The notes beneath the pieces are model-generated. The model was not told the DNA's origin, ran no database searches, and was given only the letters and a program-made list of their open reading frames with translations. The position numbers were made by a program, and so were the translations under genes. A DNA stretch of 64,000 nt, taken from positions 14,756,001 to 14,820,000 of the forward strand of contig CM106586.1 in assembly GCA_048013815.1 (NCBI GenBank). Reading direction: 5' to 3'. This document shows, one piece after another, positions 37,871-49,494 of the stretch. The first letter of the stretch is position 1, and every line of letters begins with the position of its first letter. This DNA comes from Setoptus koraiensis (lineage: Eukaryota; Animalia; Arthropoda).

Positions 37871-39129
37871 GACTGCCTGGCAAGACAGTGCGCAATAAAA
37901 CAGCTCACATATGAGCAAATCCAATTATTACCAATAATATTTTCGCCGGCGCGGCGCCAGGTGAGCGCGACACTTTCGCGCCAGAGCGCGGGCCTCGTTT
38001 TTTCATTTTTTCTCCCGCCTTCAATATGCATATTTTAAGTATTGTCGTGCGCGGCGATGCCGCTTTGCGCCACCAGTGAAGCCATTGGGGCCCCACATTC
38101 GACTGGCATCGGGGCGCCATATTGCGGCGCCATTGGGGCCGAACGTGCGCCCGACATAGCGCCCAGCAGACATGCAAATTGTATGCTGACAGTTGGCGAT
38201 GTGCGATGGCTAAATCCCGTGCGACTGTCGCGGCCGGCGCCGATTTGTTACTAATAAATTGTCTGGGCCGCCGCTCAGCTGTCTCGAGCGGGCCCCGTGC
38301 GCGTAATCGATGATTTCGGGCTCTGTCACGGGCCGGCCGGCCGACCGACCGACCGGCATTCGCTCAGCGAATTCGCTTGGCGGCGCTCGCCGAGTCGCAG
38401 CCGCCGACCATACGATTCGAGGGATACGATTCGTGCGATACGATTCGTGTGATACGAATGGCAACCGAAAGCGAGAACGCGCCCGATTCGGGCCTCATTT
38501 GCGCATGATTTATGCCGTTGTGGGGCCCAGCCATATCATATCAACAGCAGCCATATTGTTTATTGGTTGCTTGCTCCTTTTTATTACTATTCATAATAAA
38601 TAATAGAGCGCCTTTTAGGGCCACAACCCTTTTGGGAGGGCCCCCCTCCCCCAAATAATTAAACGGCCAGCGCCGAGCCAGACGAGCGACCGTCGCGGCT
38701 CCGGCTGCGGCACCCGCGTTGCGCGCCCACCGGCCGAGATTTGGCCCGACGAGGGCGCTTTTGTTGATACGAACAATAATACCAGCGCTCAAGCAATAAA
38801 ACTGTTACTGTTGCCAACAGTCAGTGATATATCTGATCTGTGTTGTATGCGACGACAATTGGGCGCCCGCCATCGTCACACCGGGCCCCACAGAGCCACG
38901 CCGTGCACGGCCAGGTATAAGCCAACCAGTGGGGCCCCAAGGGATTCCGAGAAGTGGCAAACGTGCTCAAACGTACCGTTAGGAGGAAACCGTTAGTGAG
39001 AGAGTGCGATTCCAGCCCAACGAATCTCGCTTAGCCAAATGAAAGAGCGCTTAGCGCTAACGCTTCTTCCCCATTTGTCCCCTATTTCCACCCACTCAGA
39101 ACCTTGCATCTTCCCCTTCCGGTTGCTCC

Positions 39130-39137
39130 TATAAATA
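39130..39137 (+). promoter_or_regulatory. TATA-box-like element at the edge of a palindrome cluster
   Basis: CCTATAAATAGCCC; no downstream gene recognised. Confidence 0.25.
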
Positions 39138-40605
39138 GCCCCGTTTTGCCTAACAAGCTAACCTCGTTAGCTGGCGTCGCCAGCACCATTTAACTGTTAT
39201 TGGCTGGTGCAGCTGAACTGTGTGTGTGTGTTTCTTACCTAACAAGAATTGCCCACTTTTCGCAATAAATCCATAGATATTTTTGGCATCCATACCCACG
39301 CAAAAGTCATAATAAACGAGTCCATTGGCAGATGGCTCAGACTCTGAGCCTCAGAGCCAATGGGCATCTATGGGCGAATTTCAAAGATTTGGGCAAAATT
39401 CAACATACAGACTCTGTATTACAGAGTGACTGTTTGTTATCGACTGTCAGAGCAAAACGAGACCGAAACGACAAGAGATAAAGAGCCCCAATCACGAGTC
39501 AGCCAACGTACATATTGTCAAATGAAACAGCAGTCAACAGCAAATGCCTAGTGCCCAGCAAACGGGCATCGGGTCGCCCCATGTTCTTTTGTTTTTGCCC
39601 GGATTTCTTTAGCTTGAGACTCTCAAGCTAAAGAAATCTCAAGTTTAGACGCATTTGACATTGCATTCGCTACTTACAACTTGTAAGTTACAAGTCCAAG
39701 TGTTAGTAGCAGATAAAGCAGCAAATAAAGCAGCAGAAATATCCCCGACACTTCAGTCCATCGATATGTGACACAAAGCGCGTCGCTGAAAGTGACTCGA
39801 GTCACTCTATTCTGCCGAATTTGCAGATTCACCCAGAGGGCAAACCTTGCCCATTGGTACCCTCACACTCAGATCTGATCTGGCAAATCGCGTTCGGCTC
39901 GGCGCCCCGTAAAAGAGTTTCAGACGTTACTTTTGCCCGCCTCGGGTAGTACCCTGGTTTTTCTGGGGCGGTAGGGGGCGCCGTGCGCTGTGGAAATGCA
40001 CGAATTGATAGACAATTCTCCGATGCACAGCAACGATGCACACTGCACAAAAAAGCGCATTGACAGCACCGGAACAACAAAGATATTACCCGAGGCGGGC
40101 AAAAGTGGCCAAAGGGGCATTCAAAAGCCGCTCGAGCGGTTGAGCTGAAGTTCACTCTACGTTCTCACCTCAACTAGGCGAGGCCGGACCGAAATCCTCA
40201 GCATCAACGGGGCCCTGTGAGGGTATCAGCGGGGCATGCGGCTTGTGACGGGGTAGCCAGTGGTGGCGATTCAGAGTCGCACTTGTTAGGCCGGGCCGAT
40301 CTTTTGGGCCGGCCTCAGGTGAGCGAGACTCGTGTGTAAACGTGTTTGCCGCGTGTATAAAATATATAGCTGATTGTTGCAATTTTGGTGCTTTAGCACG
40401 TGCACAATGAAACAACAAATTTGCGCCGCTGTCTTGCTTGTGGTGCTGGCATAATTAGATTGGTTGTCGTGATTGTTAGTGTTTGTGTAACAATTGTGTG
40501 TCGTTGTCGTTGTCGTCGTATCGAGCCGCTGCTACTTCATTAATTCACTATCGTTGCCACTTGACTGGCTGTCATTTGACGGGGTTAGTTTGGTGCGCGC
40601 ATACA

Positions 40606-40765
40606 ATGCGCGACCTAACAAATGCGACCCAACAAATGCGACCCAACAAACGCGAACCAACAAACGCGACCCAACAAACGCGACCCAACAAATGCGCGAC
40701 CTAACAAACGCGACCCAACAAACGCGACCCAACAAACGCGACCCAACAAATGCGCGACCTAACAA
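40606..40765. repeat. About 14-bp minisatellite (ACGCGACCCAACAA), about 10 copies
   Basis: Direct reading. Confidence 0.9.
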
Positions 40766-41415
40766 ATGGGCCCTCGCGCGGGCATAATATCGCCGACGGG
40801 CTCTTCACAACGAAACAACAAACAAATTGACATGATTGTCACCATGGCACCATGTAACAATAACCAACGTTGCGCGGCCAATGCAATTGCCGGCCAGCAC
40901 GTACCAACGACTGATCACAACTGATGAGAGGCCAGTATCAGATATAGATTAGTCGTCGGTTGGGTCGTGCTTTTATCGCCATTTCGGCAATCGCACACAC
41001 ACAGCACAGGTAAATATGAATGATTTGCAGATTGGCCCGCGCTGACCCTAACCCGCACTAAGCCGCGCTGTTCACGCGCCGGGTGCCCTATGGGCGCCTG
41101 TCTCAATCAACGCGGCAGTAGGCAAAAACTAATGAGCATTCGTTGACACGTCCCCTTACCGTGGCGAGCTCGTGCACAACTTGTTAGTCTGGTTTGATTG
41201 TTGCTCGTGTTTAGATTTGGCCCCAATTGTGCGCGTGTGTGTCACACGGGGTGTGTGTGTGTGTGTGTCTGTCTGTGTGTCTAGACAGGGATATGAGACA
41301 ACAATATCGGCGACAAATTATATTTATAGTTGGCGCTGCGTGTGATTGCGTCATCAATGCATGGCTCCAACTGGCACCATCGGCGCCAGTGCTCAATTAA
41401 TGGTCATCATTAATA

Positions 41416-41454
<39 letters not shown>

Positions 41455-41513
41455 CTGCGGACACCTGATGATGGGACCCCGTTTTGCAGCGACCACGATC
41501 GACGTTTCGCAGA

Positions 41514-41595
41514 CAACTCGCCACACTGACCATTGTCACTGTTGAACCACGCACCTTGCGTCAGTTCAACAGTGACAATGGTCGGTGTAGAGTTG
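41514..41595 (+). ncRNA. Candidate pri-miRNA/hairpin RNA
   Basis: 25-bp stem (24 Watson-Crick + 1 G-U) 41523-47/41564-88, basal stem CAACTC/GAGTTG, apical mini-hairpin; no known miRNA recognised. Confidence 0.4.
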
Positions 41596-44355
41596 AGAGG
41601 GGCCCCCGACGAAGAGCAAAGTCTTGTTGCTTTTGTTTCCGCAACAGCGCATACATTATCCCTTTGTTTGTGAGACCCACTTGCCCATTTGCCCATTTGC
41701 CAGCTGAGCCTCAACTGTGCCGATACTCAATCGCACAAACGGCACCAGCAGCGGCAGCGGCGCAACGGTATAAAGCGGCTTAAAGCGGAATAAAAAACAG
41801 CCAGCCAGCCAGATATAGAGACGGACGGACGGACGGACAGCTAAAGAGATATACGGGTATATAAACAATTGACGGGCTGGTATAATTGTGTGCAGGCAAG
41901 CAATATTGTTTGCCCCTCTGGCCGGTCCATTTGACTCGTGTCAGAGTGCGCTGTCGGCCGCGCCATTTCGGGCCTCCTCTCACCTGGTCCGCGCCGGGTC
42001 TCGCCGATGCTCGCTGATGCTCGCTGATGCTCGCCGATGCTCGCCAGTCCGTCAGTCCGGCAGGCCGGTGAGTCGGCAACAAACAACTCGCTTACCTGTC
42101 TTTTACGAGCGTCATCGCAACTCTTTACCTGGTCAGCAAGTCGCACAGTGTTGTCGCTGACGATACTTGGTCCGTTTGGGGCCGGCCCAGACAAGCGACT
42201 CGCCACGCATAAATACTGACTTGCAGCGGGTGCGATCACGGGCACTTCCGATAAATAACGTCGTGATCTTGGTATCAGCTGATATAATAATATCTTGTTT
42301 ATATTGTTGAGTGAAATACGGCGTGCGTCTTGGCTAGTTGGGTCGGTGATTGCCAGCCAGCCAATGGCATCCGTCGCCCGATCTTGTCCGGTGTCTCGAT
42401 TTGAATGCAAACGTCAGACGGAATGTAGCTGAGCAAACACCAGCCAACAGTATAGCTATAGTGACACACTTTGCTAGTATCAAGTGACAACACACAGGTA
42501 GCGCACCTAATATCTAATTCATTACTGTGCTCACTGGATAGTTACAACTAACGTTCTTTCTGGCTAGCCAAACAATGTTGCTCCAAGCCATTGATTGTGC
42601 ATTGTTGCAGTGTCTCAATTTGCCGCCTCAACGAAGCGCTCGCCTCTAATCGCTATGTCTGGCCTCAGATGTCGTGCCTCAGATTATATAAGAGCCTGCT
42701 GTGTGTCGTTCTAATGATGAAGTGGGTCTCGGCAAGATTGAGAGAGATGATAAAGTATTGGGTTTAGTCGGGAACCGCACCCACAAGTCGCTAGCTTTCA
42801 TGTTTTAATTAGCTCCACTGATGTCCGCGAGGGCGACACTCGCACACTGCACTGGGTGCGCTGTTGCACCCAAGCGGAGAGGGATTGAAATATTTAAAAG
42901 AAACATTCATGCTTGATTGTGCACTTGCGAAGCCTCTTTTTCTGGCTGTATATAGCTGCGTGTTGCTGTGTATAGCTGCGTGTTGCTGCGTATAGCGCCT
43001 CTCGCGGGCCGCCCCACAAGCGATTTCGGATCATACGTTACGCACACTCACAACACACATTACCTCTGTTGTGAGTATTATGTTACCGATGCCATGTTAC
43101 ATCGACGGCAACGACGACAACGACGACAACGACGACAACGACGACAACAACAGCGACGGCAACAACAGCATAACATGGTGACATATGCGCTACCTGTCAG
43201 CGGCACTGAGCCACTGCCGGGCGGGCCGGCCGGCTGGCTGGTTGACTGGTGATCGAGTGATGGGCCGGTCCGGCGATTTAGCGATCAAATGGCCGTCTGG
43301 ACGGGTCCGTCTGGGGCAGATTATTAATGTATAATGACGATAATAACAAGTGAGCAATCGTTGCCGTCGCGAGGCCGGGCGAGCGCCGCCAGCCGACCGG
43401 ACTGGCGGCTGGCGAGCGCCGGCTAACGATAAGCGGCACGCTACCATTAGCGTGGGGTCCCGCCAACTGGCAACTGCTAACAGGGAGGACCCCAAAATAA
43501 AGGTTAGCCCAGTGGATAACAACGAGCAGTGTATTGTTTGCTTGTCTTGCAACTTATAAACTAAACGACCATCTAACAAGGTAAACGTGATGTGATTAGC
43601 CCGCAAGAACAACACGCTGGTCAACAGGAGCACAGGTTAGCCGTTGCACGTTGGATCACCTCATGCTAGAGCGCATCCGATCCGATCCGATCTGATCTGA
43701 TCAGATCAAATATGTCGATCATTATTGTTACTATTATCATCATTACAGATTAATATATAATACATAGCAGTATAGCGAGTGGTTGCTATATAGTGCTCGC
43801 CGGCTAAATAACCCTTGTTAGCCGTTGGCTGTTGTTTGCTCGTGCAGCTCGTGCAACAAACTGCTGCTCTGCACACCAAAAAAAAAGTATAATAGTTGTT
43901 GTTATTTTATCTGTGTGTTTTATCTCTTTACTAAACAGATAGTCATTATATCGATGAATTTATTTTATGTGTGCAAAGTTTTGTCTACACTACATACACC
44001 GCCAATGGTCGCAGCAAATGGTACATAGTTGGTTGTAGTTGTGTATAACGAGACGTGAGATAGTTTGTTGGTAAATATTCGTCCGAGACTGCATGGTTGG
44101 CACAACAACACTAACAACAACAACAGCAACAACAACAACAACATCGACTGAAACAAATTCAATTAAGTCCCGGCTCGTAGTGAACACACACAAACAACTT
44201 ACATAACAAAGTGGAATAGACAAATGTAGTCACACACAATGAGGTCAAACGAGTTGTTACCATAACTCACACGCGGCCCCACTAGCCTAACTGGCGCCAG
44301 CCAGACCTGCTGTTGGCGCCGTTAGTCTACTACTAATGAAGAGATATGTTATGCA

Positions 44356-44443
44356 GTTGCTGTTGTTTCTGTTGTTGTTGTCGTTGTTTCTGTTGTTGTT
44401 GTCGTTGTTTCTGTTGTTGTTGTCGTCGTTGTTGTTTTTGTCG

Positions 44444-44484
<41 letters not shown>

Positions 44485-44527
44485 GCTGCTGCTGTTGCTG
44501 TTGTTGCTGCTGTTGTTGCTGTTGTTG
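44356..44527. repeat. (TTG/CTG)n microsatellite marking the end of the repeat-rich compartment
   Basis: Direct reading. Confidence 0.95.
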
Positions 44528-46404
44528 GCCCCATCGATAAAGCCTTAAAGATTCCGAATGTTACATTCGAGTCGATTCAAAAAATCTTGCATGCTGCGAT
44601 TCTCTCTGTGCTGTCTCTCTTGGGGGCCGAATTCGCTCTAGAGTCCAGAGTCTAGATGTTCGAAAATGACCACACCGCCTGAAAGGATGCCCCCCCTCTC
44701 CCGCCAAGATAATTATACAAGAAAGAAATTATACTCCGGGTTTTTCCGGTAGTCACATAGAGGCCAGTGTATTTTGGGATGTCAACGGCACAATAACTGT
44801 AGCTGATAAAATATTCGTAAACAAAAACCCGTCTACTATGTCGAATCTATCCATGTCAAATCGATCAAATGGGCGCGCAAGATCATTCCGGAGAACACAT
44901 GTCGCTTGCTTTGGCTCCCCTCTCACCTGACATCGCTCTCCGTCGCAATTGTCGTCTTACAATCGTAGATATGAGAATTTCGCCCACGGAAAGAGGAACA
45001 ACAAAGAGGCGTCAATCATTTGAAACGAACGCTCAACAAAGCCGCAAAGATTGTATGACTGCAGGGAGAAAATGTTGTAGATTAGCAAATATCATCAAAT
45101 ACTGGACGACGCATCTGTTAAACAAAGTTTAAAGCTTCATCGACTACCTATATCTCGCTCAGCAGAGAGTACGTGCCCGAGAAGCTTATGCTGAATTTAT
45201 GTTTCGTCCGCATTCTCCAACGTCCGTCGATCTGTAGTGAGATTGTGCGCTTAGCCACCCAAAAGAGCAAATTGTATCTTTTGAACAACACCAACAACTA
45301 TCTTTACACTAACAAATCGGTGCCTCTACCCGAATCAGTTTAGTAATCAGTTGGCAAAGAGAATACAATTTGTTTAATGTCTGGCAATGACACTGGAAAT
45401 TCTAATGTCGACGCAACGTAACGCTAACGCCTCGCTAACTAGCATCTAGATAATGCGTACTAGTTGGCCGATTTTAGTAGTTAGTTTTAGTTTTAGTTCT
45501 AGTTTCAGTTTTAGTTTTGCGTGTGACTACGCATTGGTTGTACATGTTAAGTAGTGGCACTACAAGTAGCATCAGAGGACCAGTTCTAGATTGGACAGGG
45601 AGAAACATATAGACATTAAATTAGCATAAAGTAAACCACTCTTTCTCTCTCGCTCCCACTTTGACGCTAATCGATAATCTGAATGCATTATAGTTACTGT
45701 TTTTGAATCGGGTACATGTGTCCTCATCAGATATCTCAATAGATGCATGTAACTTAGAACCGTTTCTGACTCTATGTTATGAACACACACACATCAACTA
45801 AAACGGCCACTCTCACTGCCAGTCACCAATAAATCACCTCCATTTCAATCCAACCCAAATCAAACGCGTTGCAGCCCGTGATTCTGTTTTATTGTAATAA
45901 CCGCTCAGGTGCGTCAAGCTACAAATGATGCAGACATAAACACGCACACCTAATGATGCCACACTCAGCTCCCTTTCCGCTTGCCAACTCCACTGGCCTC
46001 ACACAAGCCGGACAGTTAGTCAGAAAATTTTAGTTACGTCACTTACTTACATACTTACTTACTCACTCACTCGAAAACGAGCAGTAAACAACAAACAAAA
46101 CGAGCCTAAAACATCTAACATGACTATGACATACATTAGCTCTTACATGCCTATCAGTCCACTACTACCGTTTTTTGATGCTTGTGTAATACACTTCTGA
46201 CTGATGCCCACCTTGTCCTGTTAGATGTGCCAAGCTCACAAACAACAACAGTAAGCATTAATAGATCATTTGAAGAATGACGCTTCCATAAACATTTCTA
46301 GCACCTCCTAACTACCTTACATAAGCTCACTCCAATACAAAATTCTAATGTAACTACAAAGTATAACAACAAATTTATGGTGGGTAATCGCCCCACTTGA
46401 GGTT

Positions 46405-47690
46405 CTATTTTTCAACCATCAACAAAGACACCCTATATCCCTTCTTTCTATGTGACAAGTGAGCTTCAAGTATTTCCAAAAATTCAGTCCGATCTAGCAA
46501 TGTATAAGCGTTAGTCAATAGGGATACGACGTTCTTGTGGAAGAATTTGTCTCCATTGAAGAATAAGTCTAAACCTAGTTCAAGGCCCATTCCGAAATCA
46601 CATTCATCATTGGCCATATTTGCATTTGTTATTAGCTGATATAACTCGTTATAATGGCCACACTTTGTCTTATCTTCATCATTAAACTTGCTTATTCTAT
46701 CTAACATTGATGAGAGTTTTTTATCGGCCAGGCCTAAGTTCCTATAGCCCACATCATCATCCATGGGCACCACTATCCCAAATCCATTTAGTGTTTTCGC
46801 AACACACTTGGCTTTTCGTGATTTAGTTTTGGACCATGATTCGAATGAAATGATTTCGCTACGGTTGTTTGACTGACAATAATCCAATAATTTATCACGC
46901 AAGAGTTCCAATTCTTGTTTTAATTTGGCCTTCTCTAACGGAGATTGTTTTGACAAATCAATCTGTTGATGTTTCAATCTGTGGCCTCCCGCTCCGCTCG
47001 TTAATGTCTGTTTAGTTTCTTGAGATGTTTGCGATAAAGATGATATTGTTGCATCTAATTCACATTTCAATAAAGTAAATAGATTATCACCCATTGCTTG
47101 TATGTGGCCTCCTTTGGCGGCACAATTAGAAACGACCACAGGGTCCTTTTGGTCGGGCTCATCTCTGTAATAACCGAAATGAGTTAAATCTGTGTCTTTT
47201 TTTATAATAACAGTTTGGAATTCAGGTGGATCATAGTAATAACGACAATGGCATAATAGTTTTTCTTTGCTGAAGCCGTGGAAATCTGTTACCAAGCCCG
47301 ACAGAACATCAAAAGGTCCTGCTAAAGTCCAATTGAGAAGCGGTGTAAATGCTGAACTGGGTTTTCGGTTATTGATTGTCTTGGCAAAATCCCAGAATAA
47401 GTGAAAATCATCTGGCATATCAACAAGAAACATTTTTTTGATAAGAGAATTGGCGTCTGACTTTTGAAGATTCAAGTCGCTTGGAACAGATTGAATGTCA
47501 ATAACAACCTTCGAAGGGCGATCGGCCGGAGCAGGAGATGGATTGCTTATTTTTGTGAAGAAATTTGTGATTTTGGCATTCTTTGCCAGCGAAGGAGACA
47601 TATTGTTAGACGCTTGCTGTGGCAGCTGATGTTTCTTTGCTCTTTTTGGAGGTGTCCTACTGGTTTCTATCAATGAATTATTTGAATTGT
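46405..47690 (-). CDS. HPF1: Histone PARylation factor 1 (C4orf27/DUF2228), main exon
   Basis: Family motifs MPDDFHLFWDF, LAGPFDVL, HCRYYYDPPEFQT, FGYYRDEP, GFGIVVP..DVGYR, and catalytic-region ANDECDFGMGLELGLDLF, plus C-terminal ILEAHL. Confidence 0.95.
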
Positions 47691-47780
47691 CTATTGAGGA
47701 GAAGAGGGTTTTGTTATTTTTTGCTTAGTTAGTATGTCAAGTTATAAAAGAAGAGGCTTTGATTGAGCTACTAGTCTTAC

Positions 47781-47826
47781 CAGAGTGTCGGTGTATAGCT
47801 GGAGATCTAGCAGTTGATTGCTCCAT
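47781..47826 (-). CDS. HPF1: Predicted short first coding exon of HPF1 (MEQSTARSPAIHRHS); spliced product 443 aa
   Basis: ATG at 47826, G|GTAAGA donor at 47780, 90-nt intron with TACTAAC branch point and cctcttctcctcaatag acceptor at 47691; joins in frame (G+AC = Asp) to the main exon, whose ORF-track start is only a TTG. Confidence 0.75.
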
Positions 47827-48911
47827 GATTACTGAGTAAAAGAATAGAGTGTATATCTCAACGGATAAAAAGTAGCGAATTCTCGTAGGTGATATAAGTA
47901 TTGAAGATCAGTTAAAATGTTAATAATATTAAACAATCAATCATGATTAACTCGGGCTTGCATGCTCCCTATCCAGTGAATCACATGGACGTGACGACGC
48001 TGACTGATAATAAGTCCGATTGGTTTCGATCAGGCCTTTGGGTTGAGCCTCTAAAAGATGATCTAATTTTAGAGATACAACAGTATCAATAGATTATTCT
48101 TCATTTATCCATCTATATCCAATGAAATTGGAGGGAGGTTTCGTCTTATGGACGTGGGATTTCAAATGTTCCAAAGAGCGTAACAAGAGGTGTATCGTAG
48201 GCGAAGAATGTACTCTGTCTGCTTATGCATTTAGACTAGACAGGTTTTAAAAAAATCTGTGAGAGGCGCTGACATCGCTAGAAAATGCACAACCAAGCAT
48301 ACACTGTTTCGATGAATGTTCCTTTTTGTTTGAATCACTGCTAGAGTGTATGCAATCGGCGCAAAGGCGCATTGCTCATTGGTTGCTCTGAAGGCCGGAT
48401 TTACACCACTGGTTACTCTTATCGCCCAAAGGAAGCCGAGCAGCGCCGCCCTCGCGTCCACTTCAGAAAAGAGGCTAGAATGAGTCTCATCATCACCTCG
48501 AACTCGTGCTTGTAAGCCTGAGCTTTCCTTCGAATCCAACAACAACAATGGACACGCGCGCTTTCTTTCATCGATGAGAATGTAGTTCTTCATGCATGTA
48601 CGAGATGGCGCAACTGCCGCGATCGGAAGTGAGAACACGCCTCCTTATTAAACTCCATTCGTTGTGTTCGTCACCAGCGTAAAACACGCGTGGCTGAACA
48701 AGTTGGCATTTCATGCTCTTCTGTTATTATCAGATATTTGCACTTTGAATTCAAAGTCCACCAATCTATTTATGCATTCTTTTGAGGACCGAAAATTCCA
48801 TTGAATTCAATTGTGTTCTGATTATTTAATCGATTGTGTCGTTGGATTCGCCGTCGATTGCAATACATCATAATTAATTAGGCTTACAGTGTAATATAAT
48901 CAGCTAGCATC

Positions 48912-49237
48912 ATGGGTACTCAATATAATTTTAAAAAGATCACCACGGTGCCCTCAAGCAAGGACTTCACTGATATAATTCTATCCAAGACACAAAGAAA
49001 GACACCAACTGTTGTCCATAGGCACTACAAAATCACAAGAATTAGAAATTTCTACATGAGAAAAGTCAAATTTACCCAGCAGAATTTCCATGATAGACTT
49101 TCTTTGATCATTAGTGAGTTTCCAAAAATAGAAGAAATACATCCCTTCTTTGCCGATCTATTGAACGTGCTCTATGACAAGGATCACTACAAGCTAGCGC
49201 TCGGTCAAATCAATACGGCTAGGCATCTCATCGACAA
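48912..49237 (+). CDS. NOG1: Nucleolar GTP-binding protein 1 (NOG1/GTPBP4), exon 1 of 3
   Basis: [36 protein letters not shown]...[17 protein letters not shown]; phase-2 donor AA|GTAAGT at 49238. Confidence 0.97.
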
Positions 49238-49271
49238 GTAAGTACCGTGAAAATAATCAAAACTAACGACT

Positions 49272-49412
49272 AGGCTGGGCTTCGTTCTCGTAGTCGATAC
49301 CTTCCAAGGCTTAGAGGTCCATTGCCCAGCAATATAAAACTATCTGAGAAACTTTAATTAGCCAAGCGAGCGTAATTCTAATTCTCGCTTGGTCAGTCGT
49401 TCTTAGACAATC
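49272..49412 (+). ncRNA. Box H/ACA snoRNA in NOG1 intron 1 (two guide pockets, predicted LSU rRNA targets)
   Basis: Hairpin 1: GCTGGGC 49274-80 pairs with GCCCAGC 49324-30. H box ATATAA 49332-37. Hairpin 2: lower stem TCTGAGAAC/GTTCTTAGA and upper stem GCCAAGCGAG/CTCGCTTGGT. ACA at 49407-09. Pockets TCGTT/TCCATT and TTTAATTA/CAGTC(G) are complementary to conserved LSU sequences AAUGGA-UN-AACGA and CGACUG-UN-UAAUUAAA. Confidence 0.88.
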
Positions 49413-49494
49413 CCTTTCACGATGCAAAATGTGCTAATCATGTTGAGCAAAACCTAATAACCTTTTCCATTATGACACATTAATACTATTGCAG

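Noticed and set aside
39181-39196. CAGCACCATTT (miR-29-like) and TGATTGTCCAAA at 52561 (miR-219-like)
   Set aside because: Only partial matches with no supporting hairpin; the second lies inside the bark CDS.
44869-45132. 87-aa plus-strand ORF at the compartment boundary
   Set aside because: No homology recognised and neighbouring frames are closed; cannot be supported as a gene or TE remnant.
48231-48638. 135-aa minus-strand ORF and a GAAAGCTCAG RNase P CR-I-like motif (48517-48528)
   Set aside because: No recognisable protein features; no matching CR-V/P4 partner found.
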